From Candidatus Kerfeldbacteria bacterium CG15_BIG_FIL_POST_REV_8_21_14_020_45_12 (lineage in GTDB: Bacteria; Patescibacteriota; Patescibacteriia; UBA9570; XYC2-FULL-38-9), in the NCBI GenBank assembly GCA_002781785.1, contig PFGC01000041.1, forward strand, positions 145 through 64,144: DNA of 64,000 nucleotides. The letters are read 5' to 3'. Within the stretch, counting starts at the first letter, position 1; each line of letters starts with the position of its first letter. A program made the position numbers and the translations under genes. This document shows positions 44,996 through 54,341 of this stretch, one piece after another. The notes under the pieces are model-generated. The model searched no databases. It was not told the origin of the DNA and saw nothing but the letters and a program-made list of their open reading frames with translations.

Positions 44996-46078
44996 ATGAG
45001 AGAAAGAAGAATTCAAACACTTGGAGATCTTAGTAGGGCTACAAAACAAGAGGGCCACAATGTAATCGAAGAACTTGAGGCCGATCTCATAACAGAAGTG
45101 CATACCCTAAAAGAAGCTCAGCAGCAATCAGCGGAACTCCTTAGTCAAGGTCAGGGCGTGCTACTAGTTGACACCACCCTGGGTAATGTACGACGAATTA
45201 TTGACGAGGGTAATAAGCGCTTTGCAGGCAATGCAAATTTAGAACTATACGCGCGAATGATAATATCTGCCCTACACGGCGGCTCAGAACCTACTGACTA
45301 TACAGACTTAATTGCCTCTTGGACTGGACTATCACGTGATCACATACAGACATTAGACATCAGAAATAGCGGATCACCCCAAGAGCTAGACACATCAATC
45401 AAGGCGGTGCTCTTCTCCGGCTCTCCATCACATCTACCGAATATAGGCAGTGGTAAAGAAATTAGACCAGGCATCACCGATGCTGATGTTTACAACCGAT
45501 CTCTAGCTGTTTGGCGCGAGGCTGTTAAAGCAGGCCTTCCAGAGTTTGGGATCTGTTATGGACTTCAGCGTGGTGCCAAGCATGTTGGTATGGATATTTT
45601 GCAGCAACCCGGCCGTTCCCAAGCCGGTGAAGCAACTCAGATCGTGACCCAAGAGGGAGTAGATATAATAAGCATGCTTGGCTGCACGACTGATCCAAGC
45701 GAATTAGCTGGAAGGATTTCTGCATTTCGTAGCGACGAAGTTCAAGGTACTCCAGATCCAAGATTTGCCTCTATTCTATTTACCCCACATGACCTTGACC
45801 CCAGTATGGTTTTTGGTCTAATCCACAATCCTCAAGGCACTGGCACTAGTCCAGAAATAATCAAACAAGTATTAGCCGCTGGTCAATCAGCTGGTTTAGA
45901 CATCCAAGGCCATCCAGAAATAAGACGCGGCGAACGAGCCCGAATTTCCGCCGGAGCTGGCCGTAACTTAGATAACATTCCACTGCGTTTGAATGGTTCA
46001 GATCAAGAACTATCAACGGCCATGCTAAAAATGATGACTGAGTTTTTCCGTCTTCACAAAAGAGCTGAGCGCGCTTAA
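44996..46078 (+). CDS. Class I glutamine-amidotransferase-like (GATase1 / C26 peptidase-like) protein with an about 150-aa N-terminal extension
   Basis: Nucleophile elbow FGICYGLQ (G-x-C-x-G-x-Q) and, near the C-terminus, the His-Pro-Glu motif LDIQGHPEI. Confidence 0.45.
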   Translation: MRERRIQTLGDLSRATKQEGHNVIEELEADLITEVHTLKEAQQQSAELLSQGQGVLLVDTTLGNVRRIIDEGNKRFAGNANLELYARMIISALHGGSEPTDYTDLIASWTGLSRDHIQTLDIRNSGSPQELDTSIKAVLFSGSPSHLPNIGSGKEIRPGITDADVYNRSLAVWREAVKAGLPEFGICYGLQRGAKHVGMDILQQPGRSQAGEATQIVTQEGVDIISMLGCTTDPSELAGRISAFRSDEVQGTPDPRFASILFTPHDLDPSMVFGLIHNPQGTGTSPEIIKQVLAAGQSAGLDIQGHPEIRRGERARISAGAGRNLDNIPLRLNGSDQELSTAMLKMMTEFFRLHKRAERA

Positions 46079-46119
46079 AATTACACTACGATTTTAAGCC
46101 AAGATCAGGCCAGATAAAA

Positions 46120-47166
46120 TTACCAGCTAATTCCGTCCAACTTATCGGCTCTAGCGTAAACAAATTGCTTAGCCTCTGGTAGCTGGTATGCCATACGTCG
46201 ACAAGCCTCGGTGATACTGGGGCTTAATTCACCCTTTATTCCAAAAGTTCCACCTGTTCTAAAAATTGCATCCTCCACTGCCTGTAAATTAGCGCCAACT
46301 AATCTGACTGAATCTGAATCATCTCTAACTGGCCCTCCACGGGGAACCTCTCCAGCGCTTTTTAAGAAATCTTCCAGGCTCAGAAAGGCGCCTTCCAAAT
46401 CTTGAATATCCTCACTAGTTAAAGGCTGTTCAGAATTACGCGTGGTAAATGGCTCAACAACAGCTAAAACTGAGTGTAATCTACTTGGATCATCTCCAAA
46501 CATCTCATTAAATCCCTGACTCTGCCTATCTCCCAATACAGCAACAAGACCTGTCACTGCGTACTGTGTTTCCAACATTCTTTCTTTGACTTGCGCCTGC
46601 CATTCCACGTCAATTTCAGCTCCCTCTACTTCACCCTCAGGAGCTGCTCCTAGGATCTGCTCAGACAAATCTTCAACGGCATCAGCTGCCGCTGGCTTAT
46701 CTCCCACCTCGACTTCCGCTACACCTTCATCCAGCTGAGCCTCCCACGTTTCAAAAGCCTCACGATTAGCGCGGGCATCCTTAATAAGCGTAAGTGCATC
46801 AAAGGCTGCTTGTAGATCAGCTTGTTGCTCGCGAAAACTCTCTTGTTGCGCCGGATCCTTAGACTGCGGGTCAAGTGTTCGCAGTCTCATTTCACGCACC
46901 TGAACATCTCCATCGATGACGTCGTACAGTCCTTCTGGCTGAGAGCCAGCAAAGCCTGGTAAAACTGATCTAACATAATCAGTTACCCTTTCAGCGCGCT
47001 GACCATCAATACCAACAGCGTCCATGCGGCCAGCCTGCTGCGCGTAATCTAAATATTTACTTAGAACGCCAATCCCCTCTCCGGCCGGCAAAAAACTCGG
47101 AGCTTGTTCAGTTGCCTCCTGGGCTGGTCTTTTACCTTTAGGATCGCCATTTGGGTTAAATGACAT
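46120..47166 (-). CDS. Hypothetical acidic Ala/Glu/Gln/Gly-rich protein with compositionally atypical, GC-richer codons
   Basis: ORF of 348 aa. Local GC is about 50-57% in sampled 60-nt stretches, versus about 45% nearby. No motif recognised. Confidence 0.35.
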   Translation of the reverse strand: MSFNPNGDPKGKRPAQEATEQAPSFLPAGEGIGVLSKYLDYAQQAGRMDAVGIDGQRAERVTDYVRSVLPGFAGSQPEGLYDVIDGDVQVREMRLRTLDPQSKDPAQQESFREQQADLQAAFDALTLIKDARANREAFETWEAQLDEGVAEVEVGDKPAAADAVEDLSEQILGAAPEGEVEGAEIDVEWQAQVKERMLETQYAVTGLVAVLGDRQSQGFNEMFGDDPSRLHSVLAVVEPFTTRNSEQPLTSEDIQDLEGAFLSLEDFLKSAGEVPRGGPVRDDSDSVRLVGANLQAVEDAIFRTGGTFGIKGELSPSITEACRRMAYQLPEAKQFVYARADKLDGISW

Positions 47167-47243
47167 ATTCTATATCTAAATAATCATTACTAAAACTATA
47201 GCACTTTGTAGCGTAAAAGTCAAATACTTATTTCTCTTCTACT

Positions 47244-48635
47244 CTATTCAATAACCTTGCCGCGCATGTCACTTGGTACGCCCTGACCAAAGTCTGCGAG
47301 AATAGATGGCGTAACATCTAGAATATCCAAATCATCCCGCTTCCCCTGCCCTGCCACAGCCGGATCATATTTTACAAAGATTCCGTTCCAGTCATGTACA
47401 CCATAATCTAAACCACGATCATCCTGATCAATGTAATGACTATCATATCCAAGCGTGCCGGCTACTTTCCAATACAAGTCTCCCCAAAAAATTAGTAAGT
47501 CTGGGACATCTCCAGTGGCTTCTGGATATAATTCTGTAGCTCTATATATCTTGTGCTCTAAAACCTGACCATCAGGACCTGCTACCTGCATGAGCTTGCC
47601 TCTTAGCTCCTCGATAAAACTTTCATACTCAGCCTCAGGTACGACGCCTTGAGGCTCTCGTCCCTCCAAGTTAACAAACAGTCGAGCGTAAAAACCACCC
47701 CACGCCCAGGCGCGAGTTTTGGACCAGTCTACATCACACTTTTCAATACTAGTTGGTTCCTTTGGTTTATTCTTTAACACCAAATAGCCATTATCAATTA
47801 ACCATTCATTGATAACAAACATACCTTCCATCCGCTTAGCTCCGTGATCAGACACCACATAAAAAATCGTGCCCTCAGGTGCTAAAGCCTGCAAATCTCC
47901 AATCCACCTATCAATGTGTCTATAATATTCACGAATCTTTTCCTCGTAAGGATTTCCAGCTTCGTAATCTTTGTGCTCTGGATCCATGTACTGCCACAGA
48001 TAGTGATGAATACGATCTACACCCATCTCTACCATCATCAAGAAATCCCACTCTTTCTCTGTAATCCATTGCTTGAAAATCTTTTGCCGCTGATCGGTCA
48101 TTTTATAGATAACATCCAGCACCTCATCAGGTGGAGCCTGAGTACGATTTGCAAAATCGAAGATGTAGTCATCTGGAGCGACCGCATCTAAAATTTCCTT
48201 TTTTAGCTCAGCTGGATAAGTAAACTCAACATCTGTACCAGGTGTCAGAAAACTTGAAACCATCATTCCATTCACAGGCCTAACTGGATAAGTTTGAGGA
48301 ACTCCCAACATGCCGACTTTTTTTCCGGCGTCACCCAAATATTCCCAAACTCGTTTCTCCTTAACCATGCCACCATGAGCAATATCCATTTCGCCATAAT
48401 CAGAACCGGGTGTACGGGATCTGAAACCATAAATACCCAAATCACCAGCATGTTTGCTAGTGGTCATAGCCGCCCAAGCTGGCACTGTAATTGGTGGGAT
48501 AGTACTTTTTAGTGGGCCCCAAGTGCCTTGCTTCATCATGGCCGCAATATTCGGCAAATCTTCTTGATAACGATCAAACACCAGTTGCGGGGTCGCACAG
48601 TCTAATCCAATAACGATAACTTTAGGTTCACTCAT
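47244..48635 (-). CDS. Alkaline-phosphatase-superfamily enzyme, NPP/type-I-phosphodiesterase-like (463 aa, cytoplasmic), paralog of 36124..37755
   Basis: N-terminus KVIVIGLDCATPQLV and TIPPITVPAWAAMTTSKHAGDLGIYGF align with the paralog's GLDGATW and nucleophile region. Confidence 0.7.
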   Translation of the reverse strand: MSEPKVIVIGLDCATPQLVFDRYQEDLPNIAAMMKQGTWGPLKSTIPPITVPAWAAMTTSKHAGDLGIYGFRSRTPGSDYGEMDIAHGGMVKEKRVWEYLGDAGKKVGMLGVPQTYPVRPVNGMMVSSFLTPGTDVEFTYPAELKKEILDAVAPDDYIFDFANRTQAPPDEVLDVIYKMTDQRQKIFKQWITEKEWDFLMMVEMGVDRIHHYLWQYMDPEHKDYEAGNPYEEKIREYYRHIDRWIGDLQALAPEGTIFYVVSDHGAKRMEGMFVINEWLIDNGYLVLKNKPKEPTSIEKCDVDWSKTRAWAWGGFYARLFVNLEGREPQGVVPEAEYESFIEELRGKLMQVAGPDGQVLEHKIYRATELYPEATGDVPDLLIFWGDLYWKVAGTLGYDSHYIDQDDRGLDYGVHDWNGIFVKYDPAVAGQGKRDDLDILDVTPSILADFGQGVPSDMRGKVIE

Positions 48636-48638
48636 ATT

Positions 48639-49655
48639 CTATGATAATTGATCAAGCAAAAACTTCTCTACTTTTGGCAAAAAATCTGACAGTGTCATGT
48701 CCAATAAAACAATGCCAGCGACCTCAGGCTTGCCACCAGAATTTTGTCCTAGCCCCCTCGCAAACTCTGTAACCTTACGACAATCAATCTTGTCTGTACG
48801 TGTTCGAATATAGACCATATCAAGTCCACCTTTGCTCTGCCAAGTTAGCACTACTTTATCAGCAAACTCTCGAGCCTTGGCCCGAGTAGCCTCGGACAAG
48901 ACGCTAACTTCCGAAATAAATTCAAAAGACACTAAATCGGCCGATTCTATGTATGTTTTCGGTTCCTGATTCAAAACCCGCTTTAATTCATCAGAAATTT
49001 TTTGTTCATTCATTACAAATCTAGCATCAGTCAATACCAACTTTGGATCACGCCGTAAAATATCAATCGTATCAGCCATGCCCCGTGAATCACCCAACAT
49101 ATACATCGTATCGACCAATTTAGTGAGGCGCATAATTCCAGGCCAATCCAAACCTGACTCCTCCATCATTTCTCTTACTTGTGGCCAAAACTCCGCCTCA
49201 TCGCGAATCGCCTCTTCCTTATCCCCAACCGCACCAAGTACCGATACTAATGACAGCGGCTTCATCAAGTAATCATTAATCAGCATCGATGCAGATGGGT
49301 ATTTAGTGTCCTGCAAACCCGGTCGATCAATATCAGCAGTCTGAGCGTGATTATCAAAAACAAACAACAACCCACCTTCTTCTAGTCGCGTTATCGTATC
49401 AAGCGGGGCATTAAAATCCATCATTACAACGGCATCAGCTCCGTAAGCAGCTATCCGTTCAAACTCCTCATTCACTAGAAAATAACGATTGATGGTGGGG
49501 TGTTCGATTATAATTTCAGTGGCCGGAGAGACCTCCTCAAAAAAATTAATGAAGAGTGCGCAGCTGGCCAAACCATCGCAGTCCCAATGGTACAGTAAGA
49601 CTACCTTCGCAGGTTTTGCAGTCGATACCCACTCCTGAAAATCTGGATGTAGCAT
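48639..49655 (-). CDS. DHH-family phosphoesterase (NrnA-like), probable 3'-phosphoadenosine-5'-phosphate (pAp) phosphatase / nanoRNase
   Basis: N-terminal DHH motif I/II region VVLLYHWDCDGLASCAL, as in NrnA (H..PDGDA.GS), and DNHAQT (DHH-like motif III). Start and stop abut sat and the AlkP-like gene. Confidence 0.6.
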   Translation of the reverse strand: MLHPDFQEWVSTAKPAKVVLLYHWDCDGLASCALFINFFEEVSPATEIIIEHPTINRYFLVNEEFERIAAYGADAVVMMDFNAPLDTITRLEEGGLLFVFDNHAQTADIDRPGLQDTKYPSASMLINDYLMKPLSLVSVLGAVGDKEEAIRDEAEFWPQVREMMEESGLDWPGIMRLTKLVDTMYMLGDSRGMADTIDILRRDPKLVLTDARFVMNEQKISDELKRVLNQEPKTYIESADLVSFEFISEVSVLSEATRAKAREFADKVVLTWQSKGGLDMVYIRTRTDKIDCRKVTEFARGLGQNSGGKPEVAGIVLLDMTLSDFLPKVEKFLLDQLS

Positions 49656-50831
49656 CTACTCAACAAACAAGGACTTCTGCTGCAGTAACATTTCAACAAT
49701 CTGCGGACGCATGATATCTGCTGGCACAGGTTGTCCAGCGCTAAGTAGATCACGAATTTTTGTTCCAGAAGGCGGCACACGAACATCGTCACCGTGACCA
49801 CAAGTCTTAGAGGTAGCTACTGTTTCACAAGTCTTACACATGAATGAGTGCTCAAACTTAAGAATTTTAATTCCAATTTCATCCTCGATGCCTTCAAAAA
49901 TTTTCTGAGCAGCATAAGTGCCATAATAATCTCCTACCCCAGCATGATCTCGCCCAACCACAAAATGTGTACAGCCAAAATTCTTACGAATGATGGCATG
50001 TAAGACAGCCTCACGTGGACCAGCGTAATTCATGCGAGCCGGTAAAATTGAAAAAGTAGCGCTCTCACGTGGAAAGAAGTTCTCAATCATAAAATGATAG
50101 GCCTTAATGATGACCTCATCTTGAAAATCTCCTGTTTTTTTCTTTCCAATAATCGGATTTATAAATAATCCATCAGTTAACTCTAAGGCACACCGCTGTA
50201 GATATTCGTGCGCTCGATGTGGCACATTTCTTGTTTGAAATCCAGCTACCGTTTTCCAACCTCGCTCTTTAAATAAGTATCTAGTTTCCGCTGGATCTAA
50301 ATTAACTTCGTAATATGGCTCCTTTGTATTATCAATCAAATCAATAAGCCCACCAACTAAACGTGACTTCATGGCCTGCCAGTGAGCCACTCCCGGATGC
50401 GCCGAATCATCAGTTCCGTAAACAAAACGAGCCACATGCGCCGCGTCATAACCGTAAATATCACCAACGTGCAATACAGCGATTAAATTACCGGTCGCAT
50501 CCTGCAAAGCTACCTCATCTCCGGTGTTCATATTTGAAGCATCTTCTTCTGACACATCCAACACGAATGGTATAGACCAAATTGTCCCGTCAGCCAGTCT
50601 CATCTCTTCCACCACCCGCACAAAATCAGACTCATTCATGAATCCTGTCAGTGGACTTAAAACTCCCCGGGCAATATTTTTTACATCTTTAACCTGCTCA
50701 TCATCTAAGGTTAGAGAAAATTTTCCGGCCAGTCTGGTTTTTGCCTCAGCTGCATGCGCCTCACTGAGCACTCTATTAACTAACGTGTTGCCATGTGGTG
50801 GTATTAAAATATGTTCCATAACCTTAATCAA
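49656..50831 (-). CDS. sat: Sulfate adenylyltransferase (homo-oligomeric ATP sulfurylase type)
   Basis: Diagnostic motifs GFQTRNVPHRAHEYLQ (QTRN...HRAH) and VVGRDHAGVG (GRDHAG). Confidence 0.88.
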   Translation of the reverse strand: MIKVMEHILIPPHGNTLVNRVLSEAHAAEAKTRLAGKFSLTLDDEQVKDVKNIARGVLSPLTGFMNESDFVRVVEEMRLADGTIWSIPFVLDVSEEDASNMNTGDEVALQDATGNLIAVLHVGDIYGYDAAHVARFVYGTDDSAHPGVAHWQAMKSRLVGGLIDLIDNTKEPYYEVNLDPAETRYLFKERGWKTVAGFQTRNVPHRAHEYLQRCALELTDGLFINPIIGKKKTGDFQDEVIIKAYHFMIENFFPRESATFSILPARMNYAGPREAVLHAIIRKNFGCTHFVVGRDHAGVGDYYGTYAAQKIFEGIEDEIGIKILKFEHSFMCKTCETVATSKTCGHGDDVRVPPSGTKIRDLLSAGQPVPADIMRPQIVEMLLQQKSLFVE

Positions 50832-51021
50832 TATATCCTAATGATTTCAAGCGCTCCTTGATTTTAGCCTCATCATGATCTTGGTAAACAGCTCCGGCAG
50901 CTTTAAGTGAATCTCCCAGCATTTCTTGGACAAGCTGATCCACTGTGACTCCGCGCTGGGTAGCCATTTGATCTAGCTTTATAAATAAATCTTCACTGAT
51001 TTGTACGGGCTTATTCGTCAT
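50824..51021 (-). CDS. Small (65 aa) ribbon-helix-helix-like protein, paralog of 35138..35365
   Basis: QISEDLFIKLDQMATQRGVTVDQLVQEML is an RHH-like strand plus helices. C-terminal tail IKERLKSLGYID is shared with the ORF at 35138..35365. Overlaps sat by 8 nt and the GT2 gene by 11 nt. Confidence 0.45.
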   Translation of the reverse strand: MTNKPVQISEDLFIKLDQMATQRGVTVDQLVQEMLGDSLKAAGAVYQDHDEAKIKERLKSLGYID

Positions 51022-51976
51022 GGTGATCTTCCATTATTTTTTCTAATGTTTGCCTCTTTGCAAAATATAGTGCCTCTTCAGAAACTTTGCGCGTCCAACC
51101 CATTGAGGAGCCAAGCATGCCAAGCATTAGGCTATTAAAACTAAGAATAATAAGCACTCCAGCTAAGGTCAGGGACTGTAAATGACCACTACCCTCACCA
51201 ACTAGGTATAAATAAAACCACCGCAGGATTGGAATTATTCCAATTAAAAACAGAAAAATTGCATTGAGCCCAAAGAATCTCAGCGGCCTAAATAAAACTA
51301 TGTTACGAACAATATTCTCACCTGCCTTCCAAACATGGCTGGGTACGCTTTTAATGAGTCGTGACTCTCGCGTGACTTGCCTGGCTTTAATCGGCACCTC
51401 CATAACGCCCAATCTCTGATCCTGGGCTGACAACAAGGTGGTGTGTACATAAGTGTGCAAAGAATAAACTTGCAAGCGCAACGCCGCATCTTTACTATAG
51501 CCACGGAAACCAGTCGAAACATCATACTTTGGCATGCCGCTCCACTTGGTGAACATCCAACTACCAAACCTGTTCAGGTGCTTGTTCCAAAACGGCATGT
51601 GGTCTAGCTCAGCCACCTTGCGGGAACCAATAGTAATCTCGGCTCTACCTTCAACAACCGGTGCTATTAACTCAGGAATTCTTGATTGGTCGTAATGATT
51701 ATCACCGTCAGTATTTACAATAACGTCAGCGCCACGAATTAGCGCTTCCCATAAAGCTTGCTTAAAGGTCATGGCCAAGCCCTTGTTGCGCTTACGTTCA
51801 ATAACGTAATCAGCGCCAGCCTCACGTGCAATTTCGCATGTGCGATCGCTCGAACCATCGTCAACCACCAGAACCTCTACCTTATCAATACCAGGAATCG
51901 ACCTTGGAATTTCACGAATAACTTCAGCAAGGTTTTCCTCTTCATTAAATACTGGGATGGTGACGATTAATTTCAT
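51011..51976 (-). CDS. GT2 polyprenyl-phosphate glycosyltransferase (GtrB/DPM1-like) with C-terminal TM helices
   Basis: MKLIVTIPVFNEEENL, DDGSSDRT and a DGD motif, plus C-terminal hydrophobic helices. Paralog of 5172..6110. Confidence 0.8.
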   Translation of the reverse strand: MKLIVTIPVFNEEENLAEVIREIPRSIPGIDKVEVLVVDDGSSDRTCEIAREAGADYVIERKRNKGLAMTFKQALWEALIRGADVIVNTDGDNHYDQSRIPELIAPVVEGRAEITIGSRKVAELDHMPFWNKHLNRFGSWMFTKWSGMPKYDVSTGFRGYSKDAALRLQVYSLHTYVHTTLLSAQDQRLGVMEVPIKARQVTRESRLIKSVPSHVWKAGENIVRNIVLFRPLRFFGLNAIFLFLIGIIPILRWFYLYLVGEGSGHLQSLTLAGVLIILSFNSLMLGMLGSSMGWTRKVSEEALYFAKRQTLEKIMEDHHDE

Positions 51977-51985
51977 ATTCAGATA

Positions 51986-53311
51986 CTAGGATTTTTGGTC
52001 ACCAAACTCACCGTTACGCCCGATAGAAATGTAGGTCAATCCATGTTCCCGCATTCGTTCAGGTTGGAAGAGATTTCTACCATCAAATATCACTGGATTT
52101 GCAACGAGACGAGCAACTTTTGCCCAATCTAGTTCAATAAACTGTGGCCACTCGGTGGCAATTACCACAACATCAGCTCCGTTAACACAATCATAAGGGT
52201 CTTCTGCATAACGAACTGCCACACCCTCAAGAGCACGCTGAGCATTCTTGGTAGCCTCATAGTCAAAGGCTGAAACATCTGCCCCATTTTCAGCAAACAT
52301 TCTAACGATATCAACTGCCGCCGATTCTCTAATGTCGTCCGTATTACCCTTAAAGGCTAAGCCTAATATGGCGATCTTCTTTCCAGTCAGCTTGCCTTCA
52401 AAGTGTTCCATGACCTTGGCCACAAAATGTTTCCTTTGATCATTATTCACCTCAATAACAGCGGACAAGAGCTTAAAATCATAGCCATACATTCCGGCCA
52501 TTTGATCAAGTGCTTCTACATCCTTTGGGAAACATGAGCCTCCCCAGCCTATGCCGGCTTTCAAAAAGCGTGGTCCAATTCTACTATCTAAACCAATACC
52601 GTAGGCCACCTCTTCAATATCAGCCCCGGCTCGCTCACAAATCTGTGCGATCTCATTGATGAATGAAATTTTTGTTGCCAAAAAGGCGTTGCTGGCATAC
52701 TTAATCAATTCGGCACTTTCAACCGTAGTTACCAACTTCTCTCCACGGATACCTTTAAATACCTCGAGCAAGACCTGCGCAGCTCGATCATCCCTGGCTC
52801 CAATTACCACTCGGTCAGGTTTCATAAAATCTTCAACGGCAGAACCTTCGCGTAAAAATTCTGGGCAAGACACTACACTAAACTCACCAGAATAGTTTTT
52901 TCGAATGATATCCTCTACCTCTTTACCAGTCCCAACCGGAACCGTACTTTTATTGACGATCGCTGTATATTTTTTCAAATTCTGCCCGATCTGCTCGGCA
53001 ACGGCATAGACATATTGCAAATCTGCATGTCCGTCTGGGCGAGACGGTGTTCCCACGGCGATGACAATGACATCTGTCTTATCTATCACATCCGGCAGCG
53101 AGGTTGTAAATTTAAGGCGGCCGACTCGCACGTTACTCAAAACTAGTGCATCTAGTCCCGGCTCAAAAATTGGAATCTCCCCTTTCTCTAAACGCTTAAT
53201 TTTATCCTCGTCTATATCAACACAGGTCACTGAGTGGCCAATTTCTGCAAGGCATGTTCCTGAGACCAATCCTACGTACCCGGTCCCGACAACTGTAATA
53301 TTCATAGTCAA
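51986..53311 (-). CDS. ugd: UDP-glucose 6-dehydrogenase
   Basis: NITVVGTGYVGLVSGTCLAEIGHSVTCVDIDEDKIKRL, catalytic Cys region GWGGSCFPKD, and a C-terminal UDP-binding domain. Confidence 0.9.
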   Translation of the reverse strand: MTMNITVVGTGYVGLVSGTCLAEIGHSVTCVDIDEDKIKRLEKGEIPIFEPGLDALVLSNVRVGRLKFTTSLPDVIDKTDVIVIAVGTPSRPDGHADLQYVYAVAEQIGQNLKKYTAIVNKSTVPVGTGKEVEDIIRKNYSGEFSVVSCPEFLREGSAVEDFMKPDRVVIGARDDRAAQVLLEVFKGIRGEKLVTTVESAELIKYASNAFLATKISFINEIAQICERAGADIEEVAYGIGLDSRIGPRFLKAGIGWGGSCFPKDVEALDQMAGMYGYDFKLLSAVIEVNNDQRKHFVAKVMEHFEGKLTGKKIAILGLAFKGNTDDIRESAAVDIVRMFAENGADVSAFDYEATKNAQRALEGVAVRYAEDPYDCVNGADVVVIATEWPQFIELDWAKVARLVANPVIFDGRNLFQPERMREHGLTYISIGRNGEFGDQKS

Positions 53312-53399
53312 TGAAATTCATCTAATCTTGGCAAAAAAGAACAGTCTGTCCTCACTCAAAGTTCTTCATTTTGCTCGTGTATTTGTACAGGAAAGTCAG

Positions 53400-54341
53400 T
53401 CACACGTCAACTGAAAAACCACCACTCTTAAACCATTCCCAGGTTTGCTCAATTCCTTCATTTAATGACACCTCTGGCTGCCAATTAAACTTTTCAGCAA
53501 ACAATTGACTAGCAATGGCGCTTCGCTTGAGCTCACCAACAATAGCTTCCGTGTGTTTTACTTCAATTGGATTGCCATAAACACGCTCAATAGCTCCAAC
53601 GATCTGATTTACGGAAGTTTCCTGTCCGGTTCCCACATTATAATCGCCAGCGATTCCACTTCCCATTTGGTCAACTACTGCCACAAAGGCGGCCACCGCG
53701 TCATCTATATACAGATAGTCACGCGTCTGGTTGCCGTCCCCATAAATAGTTAACGGCTGTCCTGCTAATAATCTTTCAATGAATATAGAAACCACTCCAG
53801 CCTCGCCGGCCGGATCTTGTCGTGGTCCAAAAATATTTGCCAGTCGCATAGTAACACCATTCATGCCAAAGCGATTGGAATAGTAACGAAGGTACAACTC
53901 CCCTGCCCGTTTTGTTATCGTATAAGGAGACTGCGGATCAATCGACGCCGTCTCTGGTGTTGGAATTTCTTGCGCCTCACCATAGATCGTACCACCAGTT
54001 GATGCCAGTACAACATTTTTCACATTATGCTTTCTGGACGCCTCCAATATTCTCAATAGTCCAATTACATTTAATTCTGCATCAAACACCGGATCGTCAA
54101 ATGACGGACGCACCCCCTTCTGCGCTGCAAAGTGTAGCACAGCGTCAAAATTTCCAGATACAAATATATCATCGATGCCCGGGTCGGTAATCGATAAATT
54201 TAAAAAAATTGCCTCTTGATTGACGTGGTGCTCGTGCCCATAAGACAGATCATCAACCACTGTAATCAGGTGATCATCAACTAAGGCGTCGACCACATGT
54301 GACCCAATAAATCCAGCTCCTCCTGTAACCAAAATATTCAT
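53400..54341 (-). CDS. NAD-dependent epimerase/dehydratase (GalE-like UDP-hexose 4-epimerase)
   Basis: TGGAGFIGSH and YTITKRAGE (YxxxK). Confidence 0.75.
   Translation of the reverse strand: MNILVTGGAGFIGSHVVDALVDDHLITVVDDLSYGHEHHVNQEAIFLNLSITDPGIDDIFVSGNFDAVLHFAAQKGVRPSFDDPVFDAELNVIGLLRILEASRKHNVKNVVLASTGGTIYGEAQEIPTPETASIDPQSPYTITKRAGELYLRYYSNRFGMNGVTMRLANIFGPRQDPAGEAGVVSIFIERLLAGQPLTIYGDGNQTRDYLYIDDAVAAFVAVVDQMGSGIAGDYNVGTGQETSVNQIVGAIERVYGNPIEVKHTEAIVGELKRSAIASQLFAEKFNWQPEVSLNEGIEQTWEWFKSGGFSVDV

Noticed and set aside
36124-50831. Possibility that the ParB-like domain plus AlkP-superfamily proteins represent a phage-defence system (BREX PglZ is AlkP-like; ParB-like nucleases occur in defence islands)
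   Set aside because: The window has no BREX/DISARM partners (no PglX methylase, BrxC/PglY ATPase, Lon-like or helicase genes). The AlkP-like proteins are short NPP-type enzymes embedded in sugar-activation operons. The ParB/Srx domain is fused to an adenylating enzyme beside an aminotransferase. A glycan-tailoring context explains them better.
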